Assembly (NCBI GenBank): GCA_951406725.2
Contig: OX597829.1
Span: 44,826,001 to 44,890,000 of the forward strand
DNA from: Octopus vulgaris
Taxonomy: Eukaryota
Direction: 5' to 3'
Length of the DNA: 64,000 bases
A program made the position numbers and the translations under genes. How positions within the stretch are numbered: the stretch's first letter is position 1; each line of letters starts with the position of its first letter. Under the pieces are notes generated by a model, which saw only the letters and a program-made list of their open reading frames with translations, searched no databases and had not been told where the DNA came from. Shown piece after piece: positions 12,914 to 27,641 of the stretch.

Positions 12914-13505
12914 TTCTCACATTTATATATGTGAGCATACATGCATACAAGCATTCTCACATGCATGAATGAATGCATGAATCCATTAATCTGTCTATCA
13001 GTCCATGCATATATACATACCTACATGCATGCATACATTACGCACGTATGTACGTGCATACATAAATGATCAGAGAATTTTATGCTGACATTGGATATCT
13101 GGCTGGAGCTTGGCGCATAGATTTTGATTTTAAGGAGCCGTTTTAATGAGAACCACCAGTCGCGGAAAGTGTAAAATATATGAAATAGAAAACTGCGATA
13201 GTGCAGGAAAAGGAAAATGAGAGAGAGAAGGAGGGAGTGAGAGAGAGAGGGAGAGATGGAGAAAGAGAAAGGAAAGTAAAAAGAAAGAAACAAAGAAAGA
13301 AAGAAGGAAAGAAAGAAAGGACGAAAGGGAGAAAGAGAGAAAAGTTAAGAGCGAGCGAAAATAGAAACTGAAAATAAAAGGCAAAAACTGACTGAGAGAC
13401 AGACGGACGGACGGACGGACGGACGGAATAACGAACGGACGGACGGAATAACGAACGGACGGACGGAATAACGAACGGACGGACGGATGGATGGATGGAT
13501 AGATA

Positions 13506-13825
13506 TGTTTCTTTATTAGCCACACAGGGCTGAACAGACGGGACAAATTACAAAGTAGAGCTTTTCTTTTTGGGGAGAAAAAAATAGGTGTGGGATAGGT
13601 TTTCGATTAAAAGAGATCATAAAAAAAACGTAGAGCTTTTCTTTTTGGGAAGAAAATAAAAGGGGTGATAGGTTTTCGATCTAAAGGGATCGTAAAAAAG
13701 AAAAAAAAACGATCAATAGGGATCGTGTATCACAGAAAATGTCATGATGTAAAGTGTAAAGAGGGAAACAGATAAGGTTTATCCATGGAAAGAAAAGCCT
13801 ACGGAAAAGACCACGGTAACCTCGG
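13506..13825 (-). mobile_element. Tx1-like LINE 3' UTR fragment (second, shorter copy)
   Basis: Similar to 13881-14136; ends in GCCCTGTGTGGCTAATAAAGAAA and is flanked by GATA/GATG repeats. Confidence 0.75.
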
Positions 13826-13880
13826 ATAGATGGATGGATGGATAGAAAGATAGAAAGAAAGATAGATAGATAGATAGATA

Positions 13881-14982
<1,102 letters not shown>

Positions 14983-15666
14983 GTAAGTAGGTAGGTAGTT
15001 AGTTAGGTTGGTAGGTAGGTAGGTAGGTAAGTACGTAGGTACGTACGTATGTACGATGGTTGATTTGTGGCTGGTTAGGTAGATAAGGAAAAAAAGAAAA
15101 ACTAAATGGAAGACACTGTCTTCGACTTGTTTCTGTCACGACTTGTTACTGTGTATGCGTTGCGTGGCCAGAGAGAGAAAGAGGAAGAGAGAGAAAATGA
15201 TATAGAAAGAAAGTGGGGGGAAGGACACAGATAAGGAAAGAAAGAAAGGAAAGAATGATAAAAAGGAAGGAAGGAAGGAAAGAATGATAGAAAGAGAAAA
15301 ATTTGCAGATGTACGTCTATGGAGAAAGAGAGTAAACGAGAGAGAGAGAGAGAGAGAGAGAGAAAGGGGTGTAAAACTGTTAGTGTGCGTGCATGTGAAA
15401 TAGTGTTTGCGTATGCGTGTGCGTTCACGAGCAGCGTGCGCGTGCGAGCGTGCGGCGTCTGTGTGCGCGCGTGCGAGTCTGTATGTGTGCATGCGCGCGT
15501 GTGTGTATGTATGCGCGTGTATGCGTGTGTGTGTGCGTCTGTCTAGGATTCTTTGCGCATATTGCGTGTGTGCAAAAGTTTGACTGCTGTTGCATCTTGT
15601 AGCAATAAAAGTTGGCGAAGGAAGGCGAACGATGTTAAGGAGTAAAGCTTAAGTTAAACTTGAACA

Positions 15667-15680
15667 GTCGTCATAGCAAC
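15667..15680. promoter_or_regulatory. Candidate RFX X-box
   Basis: GTCGTCATAGCAAC fits RTHNYY-WT-RRNRAC and lies in a non-repetitive island; motif match only. Confidence 0.2.
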
Positions 15681-16138
15681 GAAGCCAGCACTCACACGTC
15701 GTACTCGAAAGACCATAACGTTCTCCTTACTTTCTCCCACTACTCCTTACTTTCTTGTTAGTCGTCGTCTTCTTTTTCTTCTTCTTCTTCTTCTTCTTCT
15801 TCTTCTTCTTCTTTCTTTCTATAGACGCGCAGGCACACACGCACATAGACGTTAAGTTAATGGTCGTATCATCTGCTAGAAATAACAACCAAATCTGCCA
15901 ATTCAAAAAAGAGACAAAAATAAGATAACTCTTTACTGTTTTTAACAAAATATAACAAAATAAAATAAACGCAAATTAAAGAGACTTGAATCCTGTGTTT
16001 CTGGATTCCGTGTACGATGTAAGAAAAGTGATGGTCGTGGAAGGAATGTCTATGATCGCATTAAACAGTAACGTAGATATGTGTATACGTTTGCACGTCT
16101 CCGATTGTCTGTGTGTCTGTGTGTATGTATGTGAATGT

Positions 16139-16200
<62 letters not shown>

Positions 16201-16509
16201 GTGCAGGACATTGAGTGTGTATCTATAGAGATGTATAAATATGTATATCTATATCTACGTGTGTGTGCGTGTGTGTGCGCGTGTGCGTATGTCAGTCTCT
16301 TTGCTTGTTCCCCACCACCGTTTGACAACCGGTGTTGGTGTGCTTACGTCCCCTGAAGTTAGCGGTTCACCAATAGAATATCCGACTCCAAAACATTTAG
16401 TACTGTAGTCGAGCCGTTCAACTAAAGAAATTTTTCAAAGCGGTGCCCCAGGATGGCCGCAGTCTAATTACTAAAGACACATTAAAAAAAAAAAATCAAA
16501 GGTAAATAT

Positions 16510-16922
16510 AGGAGTGGTTGATTACCAGCCACATGGTTCCGGGTTCAGTCCCACTGCTTGGCACCTTGGGCAAGTGTCTTCTACTACAGCCTCGCGCCGA
16601 CCAAAGCCATGTGAGTGGATTTGGCAAACGGAAACTGAAAGAAGCCCGTCGTATATATATGTATATGTATATATGTGTGCGTGTGTTTGTGTATCTATGT
16701 TTGTTCCCCCCCCCCACGCCGCCCCAACATCGCTTGACAACCGATGCTGGTGTGTTTTACGTCCCCGTAACTTAGCGGTTCATCAAAAAAAGTCCGATAG
16801 AATAAGTACTATGCTTACAAAGAATGAGTCCTGGGGGCGATTTTCTCGACTATAAAGGCAATGCTCTAGCATGGCCGCAGTCAAATGAGCGAAGCAAGTA
16901 AAAGAGTAAAAGAGTAAAAGAG
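16510..16922 (+). mobile_element. SINE family B
   Basis: Head, CORE-like segment, internal microsatellite and (GTAAAAGA)n tail. Confidence 0.9.
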
Positions 16923-16999
16923 TATATATTGTAAACATAACGGACAAAAACAAAAAGATGACTACAAAGGCGGCGAGTTTTGACAACAGTTGTAATTAT

Positions 17000-17151
17000 A
17001 TGTGTGGTAAGTAGTTTGCTTACCAACCCCATGGTTCCGGGTTCAGTCCCACTGCGTGGCACCTTTGGCAAGTGTCTTCTACTATAGCCTCGGGCCGACT
17101 AAAGCCTTGTGAGTGGATTTGGTAGACGGAAACTGAAAGAAGCCCGTCGTA

Positions 17152-17224
<73 letters not shown>

Positions 17225-17359
17225 ATCAGCCGAAATTGCTAAGATGATCTGGTTCTTGACTGATGACTGAGGGCTTCGAATGTCCCGTCCTGTGGTTCTT
17301 GTGTCGTCTCTGTGGCGTTTCATGTTCTTGTCCATGTCTGTAATTATTTTTACTGTTTA

Positions 17360-17419
<60 letters not shown>

Positions 17420-17623
17420 TGTGTGTGTTTGTACTCCTAGCATTGCTTGACAACCGATGCTGGTGTGTTTACGTCCCCGTCACTTAGCGGTTCGGTAAAA
17501 GAGACCGATAGAATAAGTACTGGGCTTACAAAGAATAAGTCCTGGGGTCGAGTTGCTCGATTAGAGGTGGTGCTCCAGCATGGCCGCAGTCAAATGACTG
17601 AAACAAGTAAAAGAGTAAAGAGT
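17000..17623 (+). mobile_element. SINE family B with an unrelated insert of about 145 bp (17218-17362) in its internal (TA)n
   Basis: Both SINE halves are intact around two (TA)n tracts that enclose foreign sequence. Confidence 0.85.
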
Positions 17624-17965
17624 ATATACAGGTAGACGACAGGCAGACAGATTACAGATTGAAGTAATCAATGGAACTTTGCAGCACTTTCCGGAAGTAT
17701 TTATATATGTATGTGATTGTCAAGACATGCACCTATATGCGTGAGAATACTACATACATAATACGCTCCAAAAATATACAAATCTGCACGTGCATTGACT
17801 CTAAATACTGCACATATCTATACATAATTATTATGAACGAATACTCCGTTGATGTTGTTGAAATTCCAATGAGGGAGCCTTGGATCTAGGTTAGAAACCG
17901 GTTCTTTCTCTATTGGCAAGAGATCTTGAAATAAAACTGAATAACATATTCAACCACACACATAA

Positions 17966-17998
<33 letters not shown>

Positions 17999-18771
17999 TG
18001 TATGTATGTATGTATGTATGTATGTATGTATGTATGTATTTATGTATGTATGTATGTATGTATGTATGTACGTACGTACGTATGTATGTATGTATGTATG
18101 TATGTATGTATGTATGGATGTATGTATGTATGTATGGATGGATGGATGGATGCATGCATGCATGCATGCATGCATGTATGTATGTATGTATATTTTTATG
18201 TATACGTATGTAGATGTATAAAGGTGTGTGTGTTTGTGTGTATGTGTGTGCGTGTATATGTGCATTTGTGTGTGAATCTGCGATTAATGTGTATGTGTGT
18301 GTGTATATATATATAGATACATGCATTCACACACACACATACATACATACATAAATACATACATACATACATACATACACACATATATGCATACATACAT
18401 AGATACATACATACATACATACATACATACACATATAGGCATACACACACATACATACATACATACATACATACATACATACACACACATACATACATAC
18501 ATACATAGATACATACACACATACATACATACATACATACATACATACATACATACATACATACATACATACATACACATACATACATACATACATACAT
18601 ACATACATACATACATACATACATACATACATACATACATACATACATACATACATACAGGTGACGTTGATTGCCTGCTTAATTCTGTGTACACGGTGTT
18701 TGAGAGTGAATGTTATATACGAATGTGTTTATGTGTATGTGTGTATGTGAGTATGAGAGTGCGTGTATGCG

Positions 18772-18808
<37 letters not shown>

Positions 18809-19088
18809 GGAAGAACGAAAGAACGAAAGAAAGAAAGAAAGAAAAAAGTAAGATTGAGACAGTGAGAAGAGGGTGTTATAAGGTGGAGTGCTTGCTTATA
18901 TATACCTTACCTCTTTCTCTTATTCTCTCATTCTCTCTCTCTCTTTCCCTCACTTACGCACTCGCCCGCGTGCGTACGTGTGTGTATACATACCTGTGTG
19001 CCTTCGTGCGTTCGTTCGTACGTACGTGCGTGCGTGCGTGCGAATGTCTGACGGGTAGACTTCACGTACCAACTCATTATATGTAAAC

Positions 19089-19119
<31 letters not shown>

Positions 19120-19121
19120 TA

Positions 19122-19171
<50 letters not shown>

Positions 19172-19639
19172 ATTATATATATATAGTTATTGACTAGTAG
19201 CTACTTACGCACAAGTTATTTTACGAGGGTTGTTTTTCTTAGTAGTAAACAAATGCCGAAGAACACAACCCGAAGAACTATCAGCGTCAGCCGAAAATAT
19301 ACACTCATTTCAAAACCGACAACTTGTCGTCAAACTTCTTCTTTTACAAAGAAGTGAACAGAGAGGAATTGGATAATAACAAAAAAAAAAAAAAAAGTTC
19401 GAAAAATTCTACTGCACTTTACTACCATTTTTTCTTAATTTCTATCTATTTATAAATCTTATCCATCTTACCCACCACTTCTTTTGCCTAACCTTCCCCA
19501 TCCCGCGCCTTCGATTCTTTTTTTTTTTTTTTTTTTTTGGAGCTATCTCTAGTTATTTATTTATCTATTTATTTATTTTATTTATTATTTTATATACTTC
19601 CGTTTCCATCTCAAGCGTGTCACTGTTTTTATTGACACC

Positions 19640-19767
19640 ATGCAAGGAAGATTAAGCAGCAGAAATTCTCACGACTGGATTCTCCCGCGGTTGGGAGTTC
19701 TTGGATTGTTTATATTCGGACTGATATTGGTAATTGTCGGAATTATCTTAATTGCAGTCGGTTCCGC
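19640..19767 (+). CDS. Candidate first coding exon of a membrane protein with an N-terminal signal anchor
   Basis: GACACC-ATG context; MQGRLSSRNSHDWILPRLGVLGLFIFGLILVIVGIILIAVGS (about 24 hydrophobic residues) ends at a consensus GTAAGT donor (phase 2) in unique sequence. Downstream exons were not identified. Confidence 0.55.
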
Positions 19768-20305
19768 GTAAGTAAAAGACAACTACATCTTTAACATTAT
19801 CGTTTTGTATATTTTGCTTGTTGTTTGTTTTTTTAAATTTTATTTTTGTTTTGTTTATTTTTGATTTTTTTTTTTTTTGATTTTTAAATTTTTACTGTCT
19901 TCGGATCTTGTTAAATTATTTCAAACTCATTTTATTCTTCAACTTAAATTTGTCGGAAGAAGATAGTAGACACCAAATTTCACCAAAATTTCATCAGATT
20001 TCTTTCTTTTGCTTATTTTTTTCGAATCATGTAATTTGTACATGTTGATGATGAAAATAACATTAATTTTTTTTTTCTAAACACTAAAACATTTAAAAAT
20101 TAAAAAAAAAAGAGACAAAACAAACGAAAAAAACCCAAACAATTTGATGTGAAAATCGATACATTTCAAGTGATTGAAAGAAACTTAATATCATACTTCT
20201 TTTCAATCGTAATTCTACGTGTTTATATACATGTCATTGTGTGTTTATATGCGTATGTGAAATTGTCATATACATATCTATATGTGAAAGAGAGTACGTG
20301 AATGT

Positions 20306-20372
<67 letters not shown>

Positions 20373-20562
20373 TGTATACGTGTGTATGTGTTTGTGCACA
20401 TGCGCTGGCTTAGCTACATCGTAAGAAGTTTGATTCCCAATCACATGCTTTCGGGTTCAATCTCAGGGCGTTACACGCTGGGTTTGATCGAAGTTTTGTG
20501 AGTAGATTGTGTAGACGGAAACCGAAAAGGAGCTCGTTATATGTCATATATCCATCCGTCAG

Positions 20563-20676
<114 letters not shown>

Positions 20677-20677
20677 A

Positions 20678-20712
<35 letters not shown>

Positions 20713-20808
20713 CGTCCGTCTGTCCGTCCGTCCGTCCGTCCGTCTATCTGTCTGTCTGTCTATCTATCCATCCATCCATCCATCCATCCATCCATCCATC
20801 CATCCATC

Positions 20809-20865
<57 letters not shown>

Positions 20866-20988
20866 CCTAACTACCTATCACTATGTATATGTGTTCCATA
20901 ACCGCTTGACAACCGGCGTAGATTTGTTTACATCCCCGTAACTTATCAACAACTCGGCTAAAGAAACTGATAAAACAAGTATCAGGCT

Positions 20989-21053
<65 letters not shown>

Positions 21054-21419
21054 TAAATAAAAGGCCAGGGCTTGATTTGTTCAACTAAATGCTTCAAGAT
21101 ATAATCGCAGTCCAATGATTAGAACAAGTAAAAGATGAAAAGTTAGATACACACACACATACACACACATAGACAGTCAGACAGTCAGTCAGACAGACAG
21201 ACTGATAGATAGAAAGAATTCACCGAAATATTGTAGTAGTATTTTTAGTTCCGCTTCATTAAACATATTTCGTTTCGCTTTCACATTTCCTAACATTTTT
21301 ACTTTCTGATTTTTATTTATGTTTTGTTTTAGTTTTATTCTTTTATATATATATATATGTTTAGTAAGTTTTCTCATCAACTGAGGTTCTAGAAATCTCG
21401 ATCGGTCCCTTGTTTTCTG

Positions 21420-21640
21420 TTACTCTTTTACTCTTTTACTTGTTTCGGTCATTTGACTGCGGCCATGCTGGAGCACCGCGTTTAGTCGAGCAAATCGACC
21501 CCGGGACTTATTCTTTTGTAAGCCCAGTACTTATTCTATCGGTCTCTTTTGCCGAACCGCTAAGTTACGGGGACGTAAACACACCAGCATCAGTTGTCAA
21601 GCAATGCTAGGGGGACAAACACAGACACACAAACACATAT

Positions 21641-21683
<43 letters not shown>

Positions 21684-21818
21684 TACGACGAGCTTCTTTC
21701 AGTTTCCGTCTACCAAATCCACTCACAAGGCATTGGTCGGCCCGGGGCTATAGTAGAAGACACTTGCCCAAGATGCCCCGCAGTGGGACTGAACCCGGAA
21801 CCATGTGGCTGGTTAGCA
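21420..21818 (-). mobile_element. SINE family B, head truncated
   Basis: Near-consensus reverse complement. Confidence 0.9.
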
Positions 21819-22046
21819 GAATATAGAACTAACATACCGCCAATATTTAAATCCAGCATCGGTTCCGCTCTTTTAGGATCTCCAGGAAAAGTTCGCACTC
21901 AAACCAAACTTTCAATTACTTCCCTATCGCCACAAGACTGAACGTGATCCTTCTGTTTTTGAGTGGAGGGAAACTGAAAGAAGCCTGTTGAGTAATTTAC
22001 ACATATGTGTGTGTGTGCGTGTGTGTATATACTGTATATGTGTATC

Positions 22047-22101
<55 letters not shown>

Positions 22102-23012
22102 GTATATATACTGTATATGTGTATCTGTGTGTGTGTTTGTGTGTGTGTGTGTGTGCGTGTGTATATATACTGTATATGTGTATTTGTGTATGTGTGTGTG
22201 TATGTGTGTGTGTGTGTGTGTGTATGTCTTTGTGTTTGTGCTTCTGCTTCCCCTCTCACCACCAGTATCACCATTTAACAGAAACTGTTGGTTTGCTTAG
22301 GTCTTTCGTAACGTAGCGGTTCGGCAGAAAGTGAACAATAAAAAAAAAACAAAAAAAAAAACAGAAAGACAAAAAAAAAGCAAAAGGGAAAGCGAATATT
22401 AGGTGTCGATTTCTTTGACTAAACCTTTGAAGGTGATGGATGCCCCAGCATGACCGCAGGTCAATGACCAAACTGAGTAAAAGTTAAAAGACATTCTGAC
22501 CATTGTCTGTGAATGGAATTTTATTTGCGGAAACTGCGCTGACACTCGCCGGGCGCGCGCATGTGTGTGTGTTTATGTATGTGTGTGTACGTGTGTGTAC
22601 GTGTGTATGTGTGTGTGTGTGTGCATACTCATTCACGCGCGCACACACACACACACATACAAATGAAAGGAAAAATCAACCAAGAGAAATAACTCGGTGT
22701 GGACAATGCTATGTATTTGTAAAGCAAAAACGAATAACAGTGTATGAAATATCGTACAGGGTATATTCTTGATTTATTGGGAAAATCTCTCCGTTTCCAG
22801 ACCGATGAGAACAACCGCCTGGTGTGAATCTAATATTATCGCCAAATGAGGAACGGGAGATAATCCGAAGAATCGATCGTTCTCCACATGCCACTTGCTA
22901 CTTCGAGTTATTTCTCTTATCTCATTTCACCTAGGTCATAATTGTGTTCGGCTCTTTTCTTGTATGTTTATATATCAGTGTCTCGTCTGTCGAACGTAAA
23001 ATAGAACAATTG

Positions 23013-23055
23013 CTGTACTGATGACGCCTATTGAGGCAGAAACACGTATCCACAG
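23013..23055 (+). ncRNA. Minimal type I hammerhead ribozyme motif, slightly decayed
   Basis: CTGTA-CTGATGA-C-GCCT-ATTG-AGGC-A-GAAAC-ACGT-ATC-CACAG: canonical core, with single mismatches in stems I, II and III. Confidence 0.65.
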
Positions 23056-24931
23056 ATTGTTTTCTGCTTGTCTTTAATTGCATGTCAATTTCAATTTTGG
23101 AGAAATGTTTTTTTCTTGAAATTAGTTCAAACGATTGGTCTACATTATTTGGCTACGTATATAATTTCAGTAAATCGATAATTTATCTCGGTGCGCGGGC
23201 GTGTGCGTGTGTAATGTGGGAACGTGGCCTAGTGATTATGGTGTTTCACTAACGATCAGGTGGTCGGGTGTTCGATTCCTGGACCGAGTGGTGCATTGAG
23301 ATTTTTAAACAAATCATTTCATTTCATGTTGCTCTACGATGACTTCTACATCTGACACACTGTGAACTGATTCAGGCAATATCAATTTGATCGATATTGC
23401 TGTATGTGTGTGTGTGTGAGAGCGTGTGTTTGTGAGAGCGTGTGTGTATGAGAGTGTGTGTGTGTGAGAGAATGTATTTGTGAGAGTGTGTGTGTGTGAA
23501 AGTGTGTGTGTGTGAGAGTATGTGTGCGTGAGTGTGTGAGTGTATGTGTGAGAGTGTGTGTTGTGAGAGTGTATGTGTGGGAGTGTGTGTGTGAGAGTGC
23601 GTGTGTGTGCGGGTGTGTGTGAGAGTATGTGTGTGTGTGTGAGTGTGTGTGATAGTGTGTGTGAGAGAGAGTGTGTGTGTGTGTGTCAGAGTGTGTGAGT
23701 GAGAGGGTGTGTGTGAGTTTGTGAGAGAGAGAGAGAGAAAGAGAGAGAGAACATATGTACACATATATGCGTATATACATTCGTACACACACTCACGCAC
23801 ATATACACACACCGCTGACGTATAAATATATATAAGACTGAAATAAATAATGGGGTCTATATGATCGGCAAATATGCTTTGAAGTCTGTGCTACGGTATG
23901 ATTGCATACTAATTACGGAAACCATAAAACCCTAAAGATTATTAATTACTGGTAGGGGCACAATCTTTTGTTTTGCAACTATAATATACTCCCAAGTGTA
24001 TTAAAGATTTATAACTTATGTTGTGTCCTGCTTTTGCGTTAGCAGTGCATTGTTTTCATGCGCAATTTTATCCACAGATTTCCTATGCAAATTTGAACCA
24101 GAACTGAAAGTTAAAATGTTTTGTATGCGAATACAACTATGCAAACAATTTGATCGAAAATAAAAAAATAGGTTATAGGTGTATATGCACATTTCGGAAG
24201 TTATTGCTCTTTCATCAGCACCCATACAACCCATTAACCATCCACATATGCATTGCTTAAATAACCGCTAAGTTTATCGATGTAGCAGTAATAGTTAGAC
24301 CAATATACATATTAGACACATTCCTGGCAACTGGTAGGTACATATCATTTGCTGGTAGAGACACAGTGTTTCGTTCTGAAACTATAATATACTATCAAAT
24401 ATGTTAAAGTATTATAAGTCAATACTGTATCCTAGTAGACATATTCGTATACGAAACTTTGTAACAGTCAGTACTCGCTCTAAACTCTATAGAAAATCTG
24501 TAGATAAACCTAAAAATAAAACAAGTTTGTTGACCTGCGAACATCCCAAGCTGCCAGTCAGTCGCATTAAACTCAACAGCGTGGTATGGCGCTAAGAAGA
24601 GTTATGAAGTTCGGACACACTAGCTTGAAAATAAAAGCACAATTTTAATTTTCACTTAACACATAATCTTCTTTCGCTACCGAGAAAATTCCTTGAAAGA
24701 ACTCCAAATTTATATCACTCAACTGTTTTTGCCAGATCTTCAAACGAGAATACAAACAGAAACAAATATTTTTGTTTTGTTTCAAATTAATTCCTTTTGC
24801 GTTGAGTTAAGCTAAGAGGTTGTTGCTGATCTTTTTTTTCTTTTCTTTTTCCATGATTTTCCTTGTTCGTTTTTACTGTTGTTATTGTTGTTGGTGATAT
24901 TGCTGCCGTCATACATACATACATACATACA

Positions 24932-24963
<32 letters not shown>

Positions 24964-25001
24964 CATACGTACATACATACATACATACATACATACATAC
25001 A

Positions 25002-25032
<31 letters not shown>

Positions 25033-25527
25033 GCACATACATACATACATACATACATACATACATACATACATACATACATACATACATACATACATAC
25101 ATACATACATACATACATACATACATGCATACTTATCCGGATTACAAATTCACATTTATTCCAATAATAATTGGAGCACTTGATTTTGTAAGCAAATGCC
25201 TAACTGTCAGTCTGGACAAGATTCGATTTTCAGAAAAAGAAATCAACCAACTGTTTTTCACATTACAAATACAACTTGTAAGCGGAACAGTAAAACTATG
25301 CTAGAATTTTCTCAGGTTTAAAATGCGACATTGTTTTCGTTATCTACATTCCAAAGATAGGAATTTTTATCTTTGTTAGAAACCAGCTCTTTCTTCAGAA
25401 GACAAATTTAAATGATTAAAAAACAGAAGAGACATACATACATACATACCATACATACATACACACATACATACATACATACATACATACATACATACAT
25501 ACATACATACATACATACATACATACA

Positions 25528-25558
<31 letters not shown>

Positions 25559-27158
25559 GTGAATGTGTGTACACACAAACACATAAACTATATGTGAAAC
25601 AATATCGGTATACAGATGCTCATACATACGTGTATATGTATGAACTATGTGTGTATATACCCGTATATTTCGCATGTACGTTGCGGGACACTCCATGGGA
25701 TCATCTCTTTTATCAAGGGAATCGAGATGGCATTTTAGGAAAGTGTGAACAGCCTCTCCTGTCTTCTATATCAAATGGATTTTGAAGTTCTAAGTTCGGT
25801 GGCGCAAGCTCAAGTGAGTTACACACCTTCAATGGTTGTGACGGCTGGTAATATCTTGGACAGTTTGTTAACTCCACTCATTGTGGAATCTGGGATTTCG
25901 TACTGACAATCCGAAACCCTTGTTTCTAGGGGACTATCGTGCTTCAACATCGAAAATACGACCCTTACTGAGATAGGACTTGTTAGTAAGAGGCAAGTAA
26001 GAAAACATGACAACCGATGTTCATTTTTTTATTGTTTTAGAGAGAGAAAAACCATAGGAAGAATGGAATTAACACAAAATACGCTTTGCGTTTCACAATG
26101 ATTTAATCAACAGTCTAAATGAATAGGCTTCTGGCATTCGTAGAAAATTGATAAATCACATCTTAAATTGCGCTGGTTCTAATTAATACACACATGTCTT
26201 TTATGCGTATCTAATTATACCTGACACAGACACGGAAGTTAAAGAGACATTTTGCATTATTCTGGGCAGCATTCAAATAACTAAAACAAAACAAAGCAAA
26301 AGAATTTTTCCAGATGATCTCAATGATTCCAATCTCTGGAATGGTACAATTTAAAAACAGAGCACGACAAAAGCTGACTCATAAGGTATTCTACTCCTCA
26401 GGAAGAATTACAACCGTGTTTCGTGGTCTGCTACCACAACAGCTCCTTTATAGGATCCAGTTAGCTCAAGACATCATCAGGAGGAACCACGTCCGGTTTC
26501 GGCCCCTACTCCTCTACCGTTTTGACGTGGCAGCCCCCCCCCCCTTTCGGAGGTGTCTTCAGCTCTGGTGTTGTGTGCATGTCTTCTTTCTTCTTTCTTC
26601 CACACTATTCCAACAAGGTAATAGCTGCAAGATTTCTTGGCAGCGTCCCTAACCAAAAACAGTGCCATATGATTGATCATGTGATCACAGGGAGCCGATG
26701 ATTGCAAGATGGACAGTTGCGTAATATATTTTTATATATAACATTATATAACTTGGCAAGTCATCTCAATCCGAATTAACCTCAGAAGTAGAAACGATGC
26801 CAAACAAACCAACGTTGAATTTCTCTCATATCTAGCAAGGAAAAGCAACCTCAGCGGTACCACCCCGTGTGCTCAAAGGTCCAGCATCTCTTCAGCTTCT
26901 CAGCAGTCTTTTGTATTCTTGGCAGGAAACGCCCAAATCAGACAACTCATCAAAATTATCAGACTTGCCAAAGAGACAAGAATTAATAGCCAAAGGAGGA
27001 AAGCTTGCCAACAAACAAAGGCTGTAGTGTAGAAAAAAAACGTGAAATGGAAAACACTTGTAAAGAAATTTAGATACAGAAGTTATTTGACATGCATATA
27101 GAAACTTTATGGTTCTAATAGAACAAGTCTAACAATGGCCAGCTATTCAATCTGAGTA

Positions 27159-27641
27159 CAGTAATCCCTCAACTATTGCGGGTGTTACGTTCCAAAACCG
27201 GCCACGATAGGTAAAAATCTGCGATATAGAAACAATACTGTACATTTTTTTTTAATTTTTATAATTTGTATATATTTATTTTATTATAAATGCAAACCAA
27301 CACCACACACTCACCTCCTGAGTTTCGTTTTCCATAGAGTATGTATGATCCTTTGTTTACTCATCTACGGTTCACTACGTATTTTCTTTTAATATACTTT
27401 AATTAATGTGTTATACAGTGCAGTACTGTATTTTTATTTATCAATTCATTAATTTTTAGGCGTGAAAATGCTTATTTTACCACAGAACTAATTCAAATCT
27501 AAAAGATATAAATACTTATCGGTCGCAGAAACACGCGATATGCTGAGGAGTCTGCGATATAAATTTACATATATTAGCCAAAAAATTCCGCGACATACAG
27601 AGGGTGCGATAGGTGAACCGTGACATGTCTAGTGACAACTG
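27159..27641. mobile_element. Tc1/mariner (pogo/Tigger-like) MITE
   Basis: TA|CAGTAATCCCTCAACTATTGCGG ... CCGTGACATGTCTAGTGACAACTG|TA: degenerate TIRs, TA duplication, internal GCGATA subrepeats. Confidence 0.65.

Noticed and set aside
17255-17290. CTGATGA motifs at about 17260, 1748, 11563, 28710 and 54770 as hammerheads
   Set aside because: No stem II followed by GAAA and no closing stem I.
25234-25277. Possible 44-nt second exon of the 19640 gene (KRNQPTVFHITNTT)
   Set aside because: The phase fits and AG/GTAAG are present, but the pyrimidine tract is weak and such matches arise by chance.
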